A DNA stretch of 64,000 bases from Paramecium tetraurelia (lineage: Eukaryota). Under the pieces are notes generated by a model. The model had not been told where the DNA came from. It ran no database searches and was given only the letters and a program-made list of their open reading frames with translations. The stretch spans positions 186,001-250,000 of the forward strand of contig CT868507.1 of NCBI GenBank assembly GCA_000165425.1, given 5' to 3'. Of this stretch, positions 42,091 to 54,677 are shown piece after piece. The stretch's first letter is position 1, and the number at the start of each line of letters is the position of its first letter. The translations under genes and the position numbers were made by a program.

Positions 42091-45000
42091 ATTTATAGTA
42101 AAGCATTCAAATATTCTCTAATCTGTTGGGAATGTTAAGCAGATGAGATTGTTTGTCTAATCAACTCTCTCTTGTCTTCCATTTCTGAGGACATTATTTG
42201 AACATCTCTAAAATTAGTGTCCTATACCATATGATACACTGCATAGTTCTGGAATTCATCCTTGCTTATCATTCCCTGTTTGTCCTCATCCATGAAATCG
42301 TACATTAACAATACTCTCTATTCAAATGTTCCCTTCTGCAATTGTTGAATGTACTTGTTGAATTCCTCCCACTATATCTTATTCTTCTTAAACAAAACAC
42401 CATGCAATTTGTTGATTATATATTTGTCATCAATACAAAAGTCCTCGAATGATAAGAATAATTTTGTTCCGTATGATCTATTCTCATAATATGTACACAA
42501 AATGTCATAAAGGTGTTTCAATCCTTATTGATTCACCTATGGCAATGAATAATAAAACATTTTATAATATCCCTTTGAAATCGATTCCATTTTGTGTGAC
42601 TAACATAAATCAACATAACATAATTTACAATAATGAATCTTACATTATTGACAGAGTACGACTGCTTCATTTACTTGACACTCTGCACAGACTATCAGAA
42701 GTTACTTCTTTTACTTCAGCAACTTCGATATCTGATTCAATTTCTCTAATGCTATGTCTCTCTCCATCCTATAGTATAGAGTCAAATACGACCCACTGTC
42801 ATTCTAAAGTGTCTATTGCAATAATGACTCATTTGGTAGGGTAATACTGTTCATATTTTATTCGTTGTTATTCAATCTCTATATCAATTTATTGTTCTAC
42901 TTTTCGAGTCTACTTATCCTATTATTCAACTGTTGACATTCATCTTCCTTTTATTTTAATTCTGAATTCTATCTCTTCTTATTTTTTAGGTCCTCTTCCC
43001 ATTCACTCACCCAACTAGGCTTATCTGGAATTATCCATTGAATGACATACTTCAGAATCACATTCAAAAATATAAACAACAAGAACAACCACAACATATT
43101 TGTACGAGTGACACTCCCATCTGGAAATAGATAATTATTAATCTGATCTCCCTACTTCAGGAACACTAATGCATAATTTGTAAAGACTCCAATGAAACTT
43201 AAGAACTCCCAAATGTACATCCAATCACCTATCCCAGCAACTCTTTGAGCCTGAGGTCTCTTAAATACACTATTAAAACTATAAATCTTCATTCTTATTT
43301 CAATGATGTTCATAATCATGGCAATAGTAGGACCAATAGGAAATGCAGCAGTAAAAAGAGTAATGAAACCGAAATCTATCATAGTTTCCATAAAATAGTT
43401 GGTCATTAAATACTTATAGGCTGGCAATTTCAGACCATTCAATTCAACACTATCCATGTCTATGTTCTGTTGTATCTACTAGGTTGTCAGATTGATCACC
43501 ACTCTACTCTAAGATTTAAGTGGCACATTTGTAGTCTATTTCCACAATATATCAATTGGATCCTGATACTGTTTTAGATTCAATTTCTCCTTGAACAACT
43601 TAAAATAAGAACTTTCCTTATATTTATAGATGATCTAAGGAATCATCATAATGGCACACAAGTAACTCAGTTATTTGATCACCAACACAGGTACAAGAAT
43701 ATAGAATATCTCTTCGTAAGTACTGTCTAATTTAATGAAGGCGGTATAAAAGACTGCGATGTAGCTGTTAATAAATTTGAATAACACATTCTTGTAAATC
43801 AAGGAACTCTCATAATGCTCTTCAAATTTATGGTTCTCCTTCTCCACAAAGTAATGAACCAATGCAGTGTAAATAATATTCAAAACTGAAACACAAATGC
43901 CTTGTAACACTCCCACTAACAGTTTATAATAACTTGAATTTGTGTAAGTCTATTGGATGTAATCAATTGTAACGAATAATCCAACTATAAAAGAACTGAA
44001 CAAAATCAACACAGGAATTGAAATCATAAACATAATTGTGGAATGTCCTTTCTATTCATATTTCTCAATTTGATGAGTAATATGATTCATGTACTCATCT
44101 CCTTAGAATTCTAATCTGGTTGTCAATTCTTATTGATTCATTTAATCCAATAATCCCCACCTAGCATTCATTTCACATTGTTTCCTCTTCCAAAATTCAA
44201 CTGTTATTGTTGACCAAATAGACATGTATATTACATATAGTGGAAGGAACAATGAATTATAATCATTGACTGCCAAAATGTATAATTAAAGAATGAGTCC
44301 TGGGAATGCGGCAAATATCATAAAACAAGTAAGATAAGATTTAAAGGCAAAAAAGTAAGCAATCTATTCTCCAAAATATAATCTCAAAATTGAACAGGAT
44401 TTAAAATTCTGAGTTTACCCTTCCTTAAAGTAATCTTATAATTATTTGAAAGGCTAAGTGTGATACCATTTCTATTATTCCAACCATTATCTTCTTATCT
44501 TAGTCGTCCCACCAAATGAATGCATGCGATAAGTGTCTATGATAACCTTTTGTTGAATCAATTCCTGAATGTTCAAAATCCTATTCAAATGTTCCTCAAT
44601 AATGGATTGTCTTTACAAAGAACGAAAGGGTTCAAAATGACCATTTGAATCATATGGCTCATAATCATAACTATCCAATAACTTGACTTGAACCTTTTAT
44701 ATCATTGCTTGCATTTACAATTAAGTCAAAGGACTTCTCAACATCAAATAATAGAAGTCATCGATTTGGGATTTCGAAAGATAGACTTCGAATTTAGCAT
44801 TGATAAGTACTTAAATCTAAAAATTTAGTTTAGTAATATGTTAGGCACTGCATTTAATAACAAAATCAGGGATGATTAGATCTTGACTCATTGTATATAA
44901 GTTATCTACTTCTATATCTTTGATGGCCTAAAATAAATACAAATTGCGTTTATGAACTGGATCATACTTTTATGTTGGCAATTTACAACAATAAAAGAAA

Positions 45001-46193
45001 TTCTGTATGTTTTTAACTGATTTCTGTTTAAGTTTCTCATTTTCTCTGAAGATTGTACGTGTTTCCTCAGAATAACTAAAATCTACTGGAGTCCAATATT
45101 CACTATTTTGAATATCTATTCTGCATCCAAACTGTATTAAATAATTGATCATTTCTGTATTATTCGATAATGCAGCTATATGCAGAGGAGTATTTCCAAA
45201 TAAATCCACTTGATCCAACAAAGAAATCTAATTGTTTAAATAATCATATTCCCATTCATCTAAACGTACAAGATATAATTAATATCTTTTTTTGTAAATT
45301 TTCATTTCCTCCTTTTTGAGTGAGAAGATCCTGTTGTTTTCAGGAGTGGCATTACGAGAGAGCAGCATTCCCTAAGAAAATGGTTTAATTTAACTTGAGT
45401 GAATTAGGTATAGGAATGCCTCCATATTCGAATTCTTGATTGAGTTGTGTAAGGCTGTCGAATCCATATAGATAGCCAATGGATAGAACCTGTTGAGTGT
45501 TGTGAATCGCTCTAGATTTGCCAACCTGAAATGACAGGACCAATAAAAAAGTGACAATCTTAAGGCTGGATTTGAAATGTATCGTTCATATTCACAAAAT
45601 CTATCATAGACTAAATTCTTAACTCTCTGGGACACTCTTGATCTTTCATAGTCAATAAGGAACTAAATGAGAAATTCAATTATCAGATTGGCAACGATCT
45701 TTTTGTTATTCCGTCCCGCCAGATCTAATGGATAGTAACCTTCATAGTCAGTTTTGAAGAGAATGGCCTCTTTGGATATGAGAAGTTACATGCTTTCAAC
45801 ATCTCCATAGAAGGCTACCCAATGAACTGGTGACCAAAGAGTTCTTGGATTAAAACTATTTAAATCTCCATCTTCAATAAATAATTCCAAACAAGCTGTT
45901 CTTTCATTATAATTAGCAAAACAGCACATCTAGACTGCATTGATACCAAATTTATCATTTAAATTAATGTAAGCATGCATGGGCTATTGCAATTTTGAAT
46001 ATTCAGTCAAAATTTCCCGAATGAGTTTAGGGTTTTATTGAAGAGCAGCTCGATGGAGAAGATTACGACCATTAATATCGACTGTACTGAAATCGATAGT
46101 AGTTTTTTCAAGAGAACGAGCGAATTCAATATCACCAATGCTTTGATTGAGTTCGTCCCTGTCGACAAATATTTTTTATATTCGATTAATCAT
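42087..46193 (-). CDS. Anoctamin/TMEM16 with N-terminal ankyrin repeats and C-terminal coiled-coil, B-box and EF-hand; 1368 aa, apparently intronless
   Basis: Span 4107 nt with all ORF-track fragments in one frame; ANK motifs GRNLLHRAA, WSPVHWVAFYG, GNTPLHIAA; RLYFGEQIAYFFAF, FVEKENHK..YESSL..FKFINSY, MIDFGFITLFTAAFP, IPDKPSWV. Confidence 0.92.
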
Positions 46194-47270
46194 TAAATTG
46201 ATTACAAAAACATAAACATTTACTCCTCTAATCTGAGTTATTTCACACCAAAATCATTATTTCCATATCTATATACATGATCGAATTTTCCATAAATATC
46301 CTCGTTCGATAACTAAAGTATATATATTGAATTACCTTCGATTTCTCATCATTCTCTGTAAAATCAGTAATCTTTTGTAACCCAGAGAATAATAACAGTA
46401 ATTTTAAAGGCTGTTAAGATAATTGGCTGGGATTAAAGGTAGTCGTCTATTAGGCTTCATCACTTTTCTCTGTTTCAATCAAGATCTTCATATCGAAGTC
46501 ATCTTAAGATAATAGCAAACTAATTTCTTACCTCTCTCTAATAACCTATGAAATTTGGATTCTATTGTGACTGTATATCCCCAATAATAGCCCTCCTCTT
46601 TAGCATCTTAACTTGAGACAGGAGTACCAGTCAGTTGAGTGGAATTAGGATCATCCAATCTCAAAGTGACTCTGGTTCCTGGTTGCAATGGATAATTAAT
46701 TAAGACTTATCTTTTGAGTCCGATTTCCACCCATGATGTGTCACCTTTACTAGGTCTTTCAACAACAACACCTTCTCTAAAGGGACATACCTATTCTGTA
46801 AGTAAATGATGTTTTGATTCAATTGGATTCATGAGACCAACATTTTTTAAATCGGAGTGAATTGGAAACAAGTACTTTCTCAAATATTGTGGTGTTTCCA
46901 AATATTATAGGTTTCTAACAACGTAGGATGCCACATCGAATTATTTGCTTTTTGGTATACTACAATTCAAATATGGAGATACTATGAATAATCTCTGAGG
47001 ATGATGACTTCATCTACTTAAAAGATCGCAAACATCCTTGCTAATTGAGACATAAAATAACTTCTCAATTCAGATGATTAAGCATTAGAGATAATTGAAT
47101 CTGGGATGGCAATAGTGACATGTCTCTATTCAACTGCTAATTTCTTCTTTTATTGTTCCTTCTTCTTCTTCTTTTCCTTTCTTAATGTGTTGTACTTCTT
47201 CGATTACAGGTTCTGGTTACTTTTCATCATCGAACTTCACAATAGATCTCACTTTATTCTTTTTATCCAT
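46190..47270 (-). CDS. SPOUT1: SPOUT-family RNA methyltransferase (C9orf114/DUF171)
   Basis: VTIAIPDSIISNAQ, LQYLETPQYLRKYLFP, PFREG, GYYWGY, LRLEE; an extra base or atypical intron near 47178. Confidence 0.9.
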
Positions 47271-47290
47271 AATTAAGATATATATATTTA

Positions 47291-47803
47291 TCACATGAAA
47301 TCATCATCATCATCAACGTTATCAAAGTCCTCTTCTTCATCTTCCACAATGTTTTTAGTCTTTCCAAATGAAACTCCCTTTGGTGGTCCTTGCTATTGAC
47401 TCTTCTTCTTAATGGCTTCTTCTGCTTCAAATTGCTTCCTTTTTTTAATGTAAATTTCCTCCACTGATTTGAACAACTCTTCATAATGATTCAACAATAA
47501 TTTTCCTTCCAACTTAGTTAACAAGGTCTTCAAGAACTCAGTTGTATAGTTAGGACCCACATTTTACAAAGCAGCAGCAAAATTCTCACCAATTTTCTTC
47601 AGATCCACTTATCCAATATTTTTCTTAACTGGTTTGTCTCCTCCAAATAAATCGAAAACATTATTCATATCTGATTCCTTTGATTGCACTTCTGATTTCT
47701 ACTATTAAGTTTAAGGTTATTTAGAATTATCTTCTTCCTTCTATTTTTGGTTTCCCTCTTATTCTTCATCAGCATATGCTTCCCAATCCTCTACGTCTGA
47801 CAT
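47291..47803 (-). CDS. EIF3J: Translation initiation factor eIF3 subunit J
   Basis: MSDVEDWEAY, ESDMNNVFDLFG, acidic end DDDDFM*; 171 codons, no intron. Confidence 0.8.
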
Positions 47804-48297
47804 TTGGATAATTTAATTAAAGAATAATCACAACATATATTCTCACTATATATATATCCATATATATTTATGCAATATTTTATACATCCATCTTACTACT
47901 ATTTGAATAACAAAAAACCCTCATATCCATTAATAAAAGGAACCATTCCATTTTTGTATTCATCAACAATCCAGTCGAATTCAAGAATATATTCTATATT
48001 TTCACTAAAACTTAATTAGGAAGATCATAAGAATGTGAATTCAATTTATCCCTTAAAAATGACACTTTTTGAAAACAAAACAAACAAAAATCATTAAAAG
48101 ATGAAGAGAAAACAGAAAGTGATATTGTCATTCTATTTTCTATTTATTTAAGTTTCTTAAAGAATTACAGAAGGTTTCATCTTTGAATATCATCTCAGTC
48201 TCATCTTTTTCTAAAGAATCTATTACTAACTTGAAACTTTGATTAGGCAATTGTAACTAAATAGATAGATTAATGATTTGTAATTACATAAATACTT

Positions 48298-50465
48298 TCA
48301 ATAACAATCAAATTTTTATTATATAAACTTTTACATGTCTCCACCTACTTTTACATAATCTTCATAGAGATCTGAAACCATAATATTTCTTCCTGGATGA
48401 TTGGAAGGCAATTTATTCTTCAAGGTCAGGGCAGCATCAAAAAATAATCTCTTCATAGTTTATTCTGATGGTCTTTACATATCAGATAGTCTTAAAGCAT
48501 TTTCAGATGGTCTTTAGATTTCAGATCTCCTTTCATAATTTAATTTTTAGGATTCCTAAAAGGAACTTTATTCTGTTTTCCTCTGATATTCAGTTGCAAA
48601 ATAAATATTTTTTGGATCATTGCTTGAATACCTCTATTCTAAATTTATACTAGGTCTGGATTCAAATTACAATTAATAACTCAGACGAGCATCTTGAGAA
48701 TATGGTTTATGATCCTCCAATTTCCTTTCATAATTGACTGACCCTCTAGATTCATAACCAGAGTTAGGAGATGTGACTTAATTTACATACTATTATTTAG
48801 GTTTTAGAACATCTGGTTTATTGACATTACTTAACCTTTAATCAAAATAAATATTATGCTCCTCTAAATGACGTTGATCTCTTTCTTTTTTTTCGAAATT
48901 GCGATCAATATCTATTTTTTGAGTGAATTTAGTGTTACTATTTTCTATCTTTGCCGGAGTTTAATAATTATTTAGTGAAGACATGGTAGTAGAACTATTA
49001 CGTTGTTCTGGCGGAGCATGTACAGGCATGGAGGCTCTTTGAGTGAACAAATCTGTTTTCATTTTCGAATTTAACAAAGCCTTATTGATATATTTATAAA
49101 GATTAATTGAACCTTCCTTATTGTTTGATAACTATTGAATACCTTATTCTATTCTAAAAATAATGGTTTTGACCAATTAGTAATCTTGAGTATTGATTAT
49201 TTCTTATAGACTGGATATCATTTCCCCTAATATCTTTTATGTATATGGCATATTTTCCTTTTAGAGTTCCTATAGTAATTTTTATTTCAAAGTTTATAAT
49301 TTAGAATTAATTCTTTGCATAGATATTTGTTTCTGATCATAAAATGAATCATCCATTTTTGGAAACTAAGTATAAACTGTCATGTCTAATTGAGTTATAG
49401 GTTATTGAGCAGGAATTGATTTCTATTCATAAGCAGGGAGAGTAGTAGTGACAGATTAATATGTAGTAGTTTTAGTGGGACTCTGTTGCTGACTTCCATT
49501 GGTTTTACTGAAAGTCTATTAATAAGGATTCGAACTCAAATTGGATTATCCAATTGTTAAAGATTGAGCAAATTAAGCTTGAGCCTTATTTTTAACAGCT
49601 TGACTTGAATGCTTGCTAGATTAATTAGATTGAAATGTGAATTGTTTCTCTGATTCTGCTGCTTTATTCGATTAAGGGTGAAGTTGAGATTCACCTGCAT
49701 TAATACGCGATCGTAACAACTAAGACTTCTCTTATTGCACTTAGGATATATTCTTGAATTTAGTAAGGAATTCTTCCACAAGATTAAACATCTAAGTCAA
49801 TTATTGTTCCTAATTGAATGATACTCATTCTTATACTTTATATACTGGTATTGTACTATCTGCAATTGAAATGGCTGATAAATCCGGGTTGTTAAATTTA
49901 TCAACAATTTATGAATATTCCTAGGCGACTTAATTAGCATCCAATTCTAATTGATGTTTAATGCTGTTCCTCTTGTTCTGTTGTTCTGGAGCTTTAAGAG
50001 CAACTGAATATCTCTCCAACATGTCTTTGATATAATGATGATCTGATACTTAGTACTTTATCCTTTAAGTGAGACATGTCATCAAATAGATCATTCTCAT
50101 TGAGCAATCTCTAATTTTGTAATTTCTGCGATTCAAATTTCTTGTTCTCTTCTCCAAAGGTCAACCGAGCAACAGCATCTTTTTTTGGTTGTGGATCTAA
50201 ATCAAACTATGGTGAGATTGGATTTAGAAACATCTTGTCATGTCTTGATTGTTCATTTAAAAACTATAATTTGTTATTAATTCACTACATTTGAGGATTC
50301 GTTAAGACTCCCTAATATTTATTCATCAACATGAGATACTCTTTCTGAAGGATTATATTTGTATTTATTCATGATATCCTATACCGATGGTCTCTATTGT
50401 GTTGATTGCATATTATTCTTTGGACTAGAAGCTCCGCTATTTTTGAAAAAAGGATTCGAAAACAT
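48298..50465 (-). CDS. Large hypothetical coiled-coil/Q-rich protein with a small C-terminal domain
   Basis: MFSNPFFK start; low-complexity middle; RPSE-like repeats; LPSNHPGRNIMVSDLYEDY..KFDCY*. Confidence 0.65.
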
Positions 50466-50552
50466 ATTATATTTATTATATATATTTTCTTCTGTTTTTT
50501 CAATTGAATAAACATATTTTTGATTGAATATTTGTTAATTGTATTTTAAATA

Positions 50553-51416
50553 TCAGCAGTCCACAGTTGAACTCCATCCCATGTAACTCATGTGATCTTC
50601 GATTGATGGAACAAGGACTGAATCTGAGCAATTGGGATCTTCATCCAATTGGCAAACTGTGTATGAACTCTTGTGATACCAGATTTCTCTGTCAACATGG
50701 TTGAATCCAAAGTTCTCAGGTGGAACCTAAATGTTATTTAAATATTCATACATGAGGAACAACATCCTTATCATGGACAACTCTGAAATGAGTGACCTTG
50801 GTGAATGATGAGAAATAGTTATAATAAGCTGTATCTCCGACTCTTGGTAAACCAAAGGTGCTCAATTGAACTGTGTATCCAGCAATAGCCAATTCAGTGG
50901 TGTATAAGGTGGCCATAGCAGCTCCCAAAGAGTGACCAGTTACGTGGATGATGGCTTTTGGATACAATCCTCTGTATTTGGTGAACAAGGAGTCAACTTA
51001 AGGCTTGATGGAATTGAAGGCATCCAAAAATCCACTGTGAACTTGGCATTTGCATGCTGTGTTGTAATTGACCTTATCAAATTGGATGTTGTCCAACCAG
51101 TTTTGAATGTTACTGGAACCTCTGAAGACGACTGTGATGGCATTGTATGTTGGGTTGTAGGCAATATATCCTTTTGTACCCTAAATTTATAGATTACGTT
51201 AGATCTTACAGCGACGTTGTTCTCAAACACTAAAGGTTTTTCAATGTTTGGGTAGTTGGTTGTAACATATCCCACTTTCCATGTGTTGATGGCTGTGTCG
51301 GGACAATAAGCAGCAAAAGAAAGTGCAGCCTCTTCAGTTGCTAAGGCTTCATTGTAAACGAAAGCACTATTGACTGTTGCAGCTAAGACAACTAAAATCA
51401 ACACTGATGATCTCAT
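50553..51416 (-). CDS. Secreted class-3 triacylglycerol lipase
   Basis: Signal peptide; AAYC, VFRGS, VHSGF, VTGHSLGAA, FGLPRVG, DVVPHVPP, EDHMSY; two introns. Confidence 0.95.
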
Positions 51417-52075
51417 TTAGATTTTATTTATTTAAATATACTCACTATTTCAAATCTCTCCCTTTAATACCGTATTATTTATATATATTAATTATAAAAG
51501 GCATCATAAGATATGCTGTTTAATGTATATAATACGCAACCACTATTTAGTGACTTAATTCAAATCAGAAATTAATTGAACTGAAATATAGAACAGTTTA
51601 TCAAACCTCATTCTCTATTGAAATTCTCCAAGTGATAAATTAGAATTCCTTTATTTCAAATTCCCTAATCTTGAAAACATAACTTAACTCTTATAAATGA
51701 CCCTTCTTAGTTATCGAAACCAGGGAGAATCACTTATTTCAATCATTCCTCCATTTTATAGACCATGAAGTTATTTTCGTATTTCTCATTATTAACTAAC
51801 CTCCTATGAACTTCTCATCAAATATTCTCTTAAATGAATATATTACTTGAATTTAAGCAATAATAGTGAGGACATTTATTTAACGTGCTTTCTAGAACCC
51901 TAAATACATCCCAATATATTCAATTAAGCATTGATATTTCATGTAAGCATAAAGGGGATCTTAAATAAACATTCATTAAAAACAAGATATCTGATATTTA
52001 GGAGAACACCTATATATTAAAATCTTATATAAACTAAATAATTGATAAAAGATGTCACACACAAAATTGATATTG

Positions 52076-52915
52076 TCATTCTGTCAATTCAGCTTTGCAA
52101 GAATTACTAGACCATCCTAAATATGTCAAATGATCATTCAGATTTGGATTATAAACAGAAGCAGAACATTTTTGATCTTCTCCCTTTACTTCTTGGCATA
52201 TCACATAATTTACTCCGTCCTTATACCAAATTTCAGTATTAACATGTTCAAATTCATATCTTACTGGTGGTAAATGAGGAGCGATATCCTTCTTATTTGT
52301 CAATCTTGAATGAGTAACCTTCAATGTTGAAAACCAATCATAAAAATCAGAATCACCAACTCTGAGAGATCCAACAGTTACAAGGGTTACTTTAACTCCG
52401 ATCATAGCTAGTTCACTTGCAAACAAGGTTGCCATAGCTCCTCCCAAAGAGTGCCCTGTAACATAGTATTTTGCATATGGATATTTAATTCTATACTCAC
52501 CTATTAACACATCTAAATGAATTTTTAGAGATGTATAAGCTGCAAAGAATCCTTCATGAACTTAGCACTTGCAAATGGGATTGAATTCAATCTTCTTTGC
52601 ATCGATGTCAGCTATGAAATTCTTTATGTTTGATGCTCCTCTGAAAACTACAGTAATAGCTTAACTATGTGAATTGTAGGCTATATAACCTCTTGTTTCC
52701 TAGGTATAATTATAATAGATTACTAGTTCAATGTTCTCGAATATCTAAATTTTGCTCAAATGAGGATATTATTGGCTTATAGTGCCCACATTCCAACTTA
52801 AGATGTCCTCTGGGTGACAATAGGCAGCAAAGGACAAGGCAGTTAATTCATTTGCTATACTTGGATCATAATAGAATGCAGAGACAATTGCAATAAGAGC
52901 AAAGAAAATTTTCAT
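52076..52915 (-). CDS. Secreted class-3 triacylglycerol lipase (tandem paralogue)
   Basis: AAYC, VFRGA, VHEGF, VTGHSLGGA, DIAPHLPP, NDHLTY; one intron. Confidence 0.95.
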
Positions 52916-53311
52916 TTTTAAATATTTGTCTTAATGAAGTATCCTGACCACAATTTATACTTAACTATTTATATAATATTATTAATTAAATAATTAATTT
53001 TGATTTAGTAATTATATTTTTATTTTGCATTCAATGAATGGACTTGTCTATTATCACTCACATCTTTGTGTCATTATTGAACTATTAACTTTAAATAATA
53101 AAATATCCATAAATAAATTGATCTACTACATTAAATCTTCATTTGAATATCATTTTTATCTATAATCATTTAATCACGAGTTTTTTAGTATTTTTAACAA
53201 AATTACTTGGATTTTTAATAATTGTTATAGGAATTGTTCATTTGTGTATAAATAAATGATAATTTTAATTGCATTAATATTTAATAAATTATTTTTCTGT
53301 TATTAACATAA

Positions 53312-53731
53312 ATGAACCACAGTTATTACAATAAATCCAACAGCAATTTAACTCCTGGCAAAGCAAAGTCACAACACGTAACTTAGATTTAGTTGTAAGA
53401 CATTCAATTTAATTTCAGAAACATCAGCAAATATATTAGAGATTCCTCTACTGAAAACTACAAAAAAGGAGATAATGTATTGAACACATTAATCCAACAG
53501 TCTTAATAAGCAATACAATCAGCTAGACAATTTAGTATTGATAGACCGATTAAGACTTCTCCAATTGAATCGTAAAGTTTCCCCTAAAATCAAATAGCTC
53601 TCCACATATTCAAAAAAAAGTTATCAGCACTTCCTAAAATTTGTCTTCCTAAATTAGAAAAAGCACAGAATTACAACCAAGAAGCAGTGCATAGTTTGAT
53701 AGACTACTTAATGAAAATACTTCATTGTTGA
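53312..53731 (+). CDS. Possible hypothetical protein
   Basis: Open code-6 frame from MNHSYYNK; no recognisable motif. Confidence 0.3.
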
Positions 53732-54677
53732 TGCGCATATAAGAATTAGAATAAAAAGTAAGAAATTGATGTTAACAAGTGAGAATCAATTATTATAAAT
53801 GAAATGCTAGTGCAGCAACCAGAACAATAAAAGATCATAAGAAAATGTATACAAAATAGCAAATTAAAATAAGGGTGAGCTAGATGAATTCTTGCAATCA
53901 CATCATTGTAATGAAAATGAAAATAGAATATTAAAAGAATTAATAAATAGGTAATCCTCTATTATGCATATCCCATCAGTTATTCAAACACTTTCACTTA
54001 TTAAATGAAATCATAGTATATAAATAATTTATAATAACCCTAATGATTTCATTAAAAATTGAATATACTTCTTGTAGAATAATCAGTATTTACTAGAAGT
54101 ATAATTATTGGATAGTTTCTATCTTTTATGATATTAACATATTAGTATTTTATAAATTAGTTTGCTCCAGTATTTTGACAAAAATTTATTACTATCACTC
54201 CCCCTAATCATGTATCTGTATAAATGAGTTAAGATTAAATAGAAATGATTTTTCCAATAAGCTCTTTGATATATAGTCACAAAATTGTTCTTATTTTTTA
54301 TTAATCCATAAAAAAACCAAGGGCTAATTCAAATTTGGTTAAAAGTATTTTTAGTTTATTTTAATTCTAAATAGTCATTTGAATATCTCCATAATATAAA
54401 CGATATAATAATATTAAATATTAATTTGATGATTATTTTGATATGGTTATACCTTTATTTTAGTTTGCTTCTATTTCCATAATTTTATAATATTCTGAAA
54501 TAATGATTTAAAATTTTGGATGTGGTTCTAAGTTTGTTTAAAGAAAGTATGGAAGTTTAGGATTTTTCTCCTGGATAACTAAGATAATCAATGTGACAAG
54601 GAATTTTATTAGGAATACAATTATTAATGATATAATAATTATTAACACAATTATATTCAGTGATTTTTTCTTAATAA

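Noticed and set aside
48440..48560. Short periodic repeats (tcagatggtcttta-like)
   Set aside because: They encode RPSE-type peptide repeats within the CDS and are not a mobile or non-coding array.
49526..50460. GGATTCGAA matches resembling a tRNA T-arm
   Set aside because: Both lie inside a CDS, with no cloverleaf or A-box.
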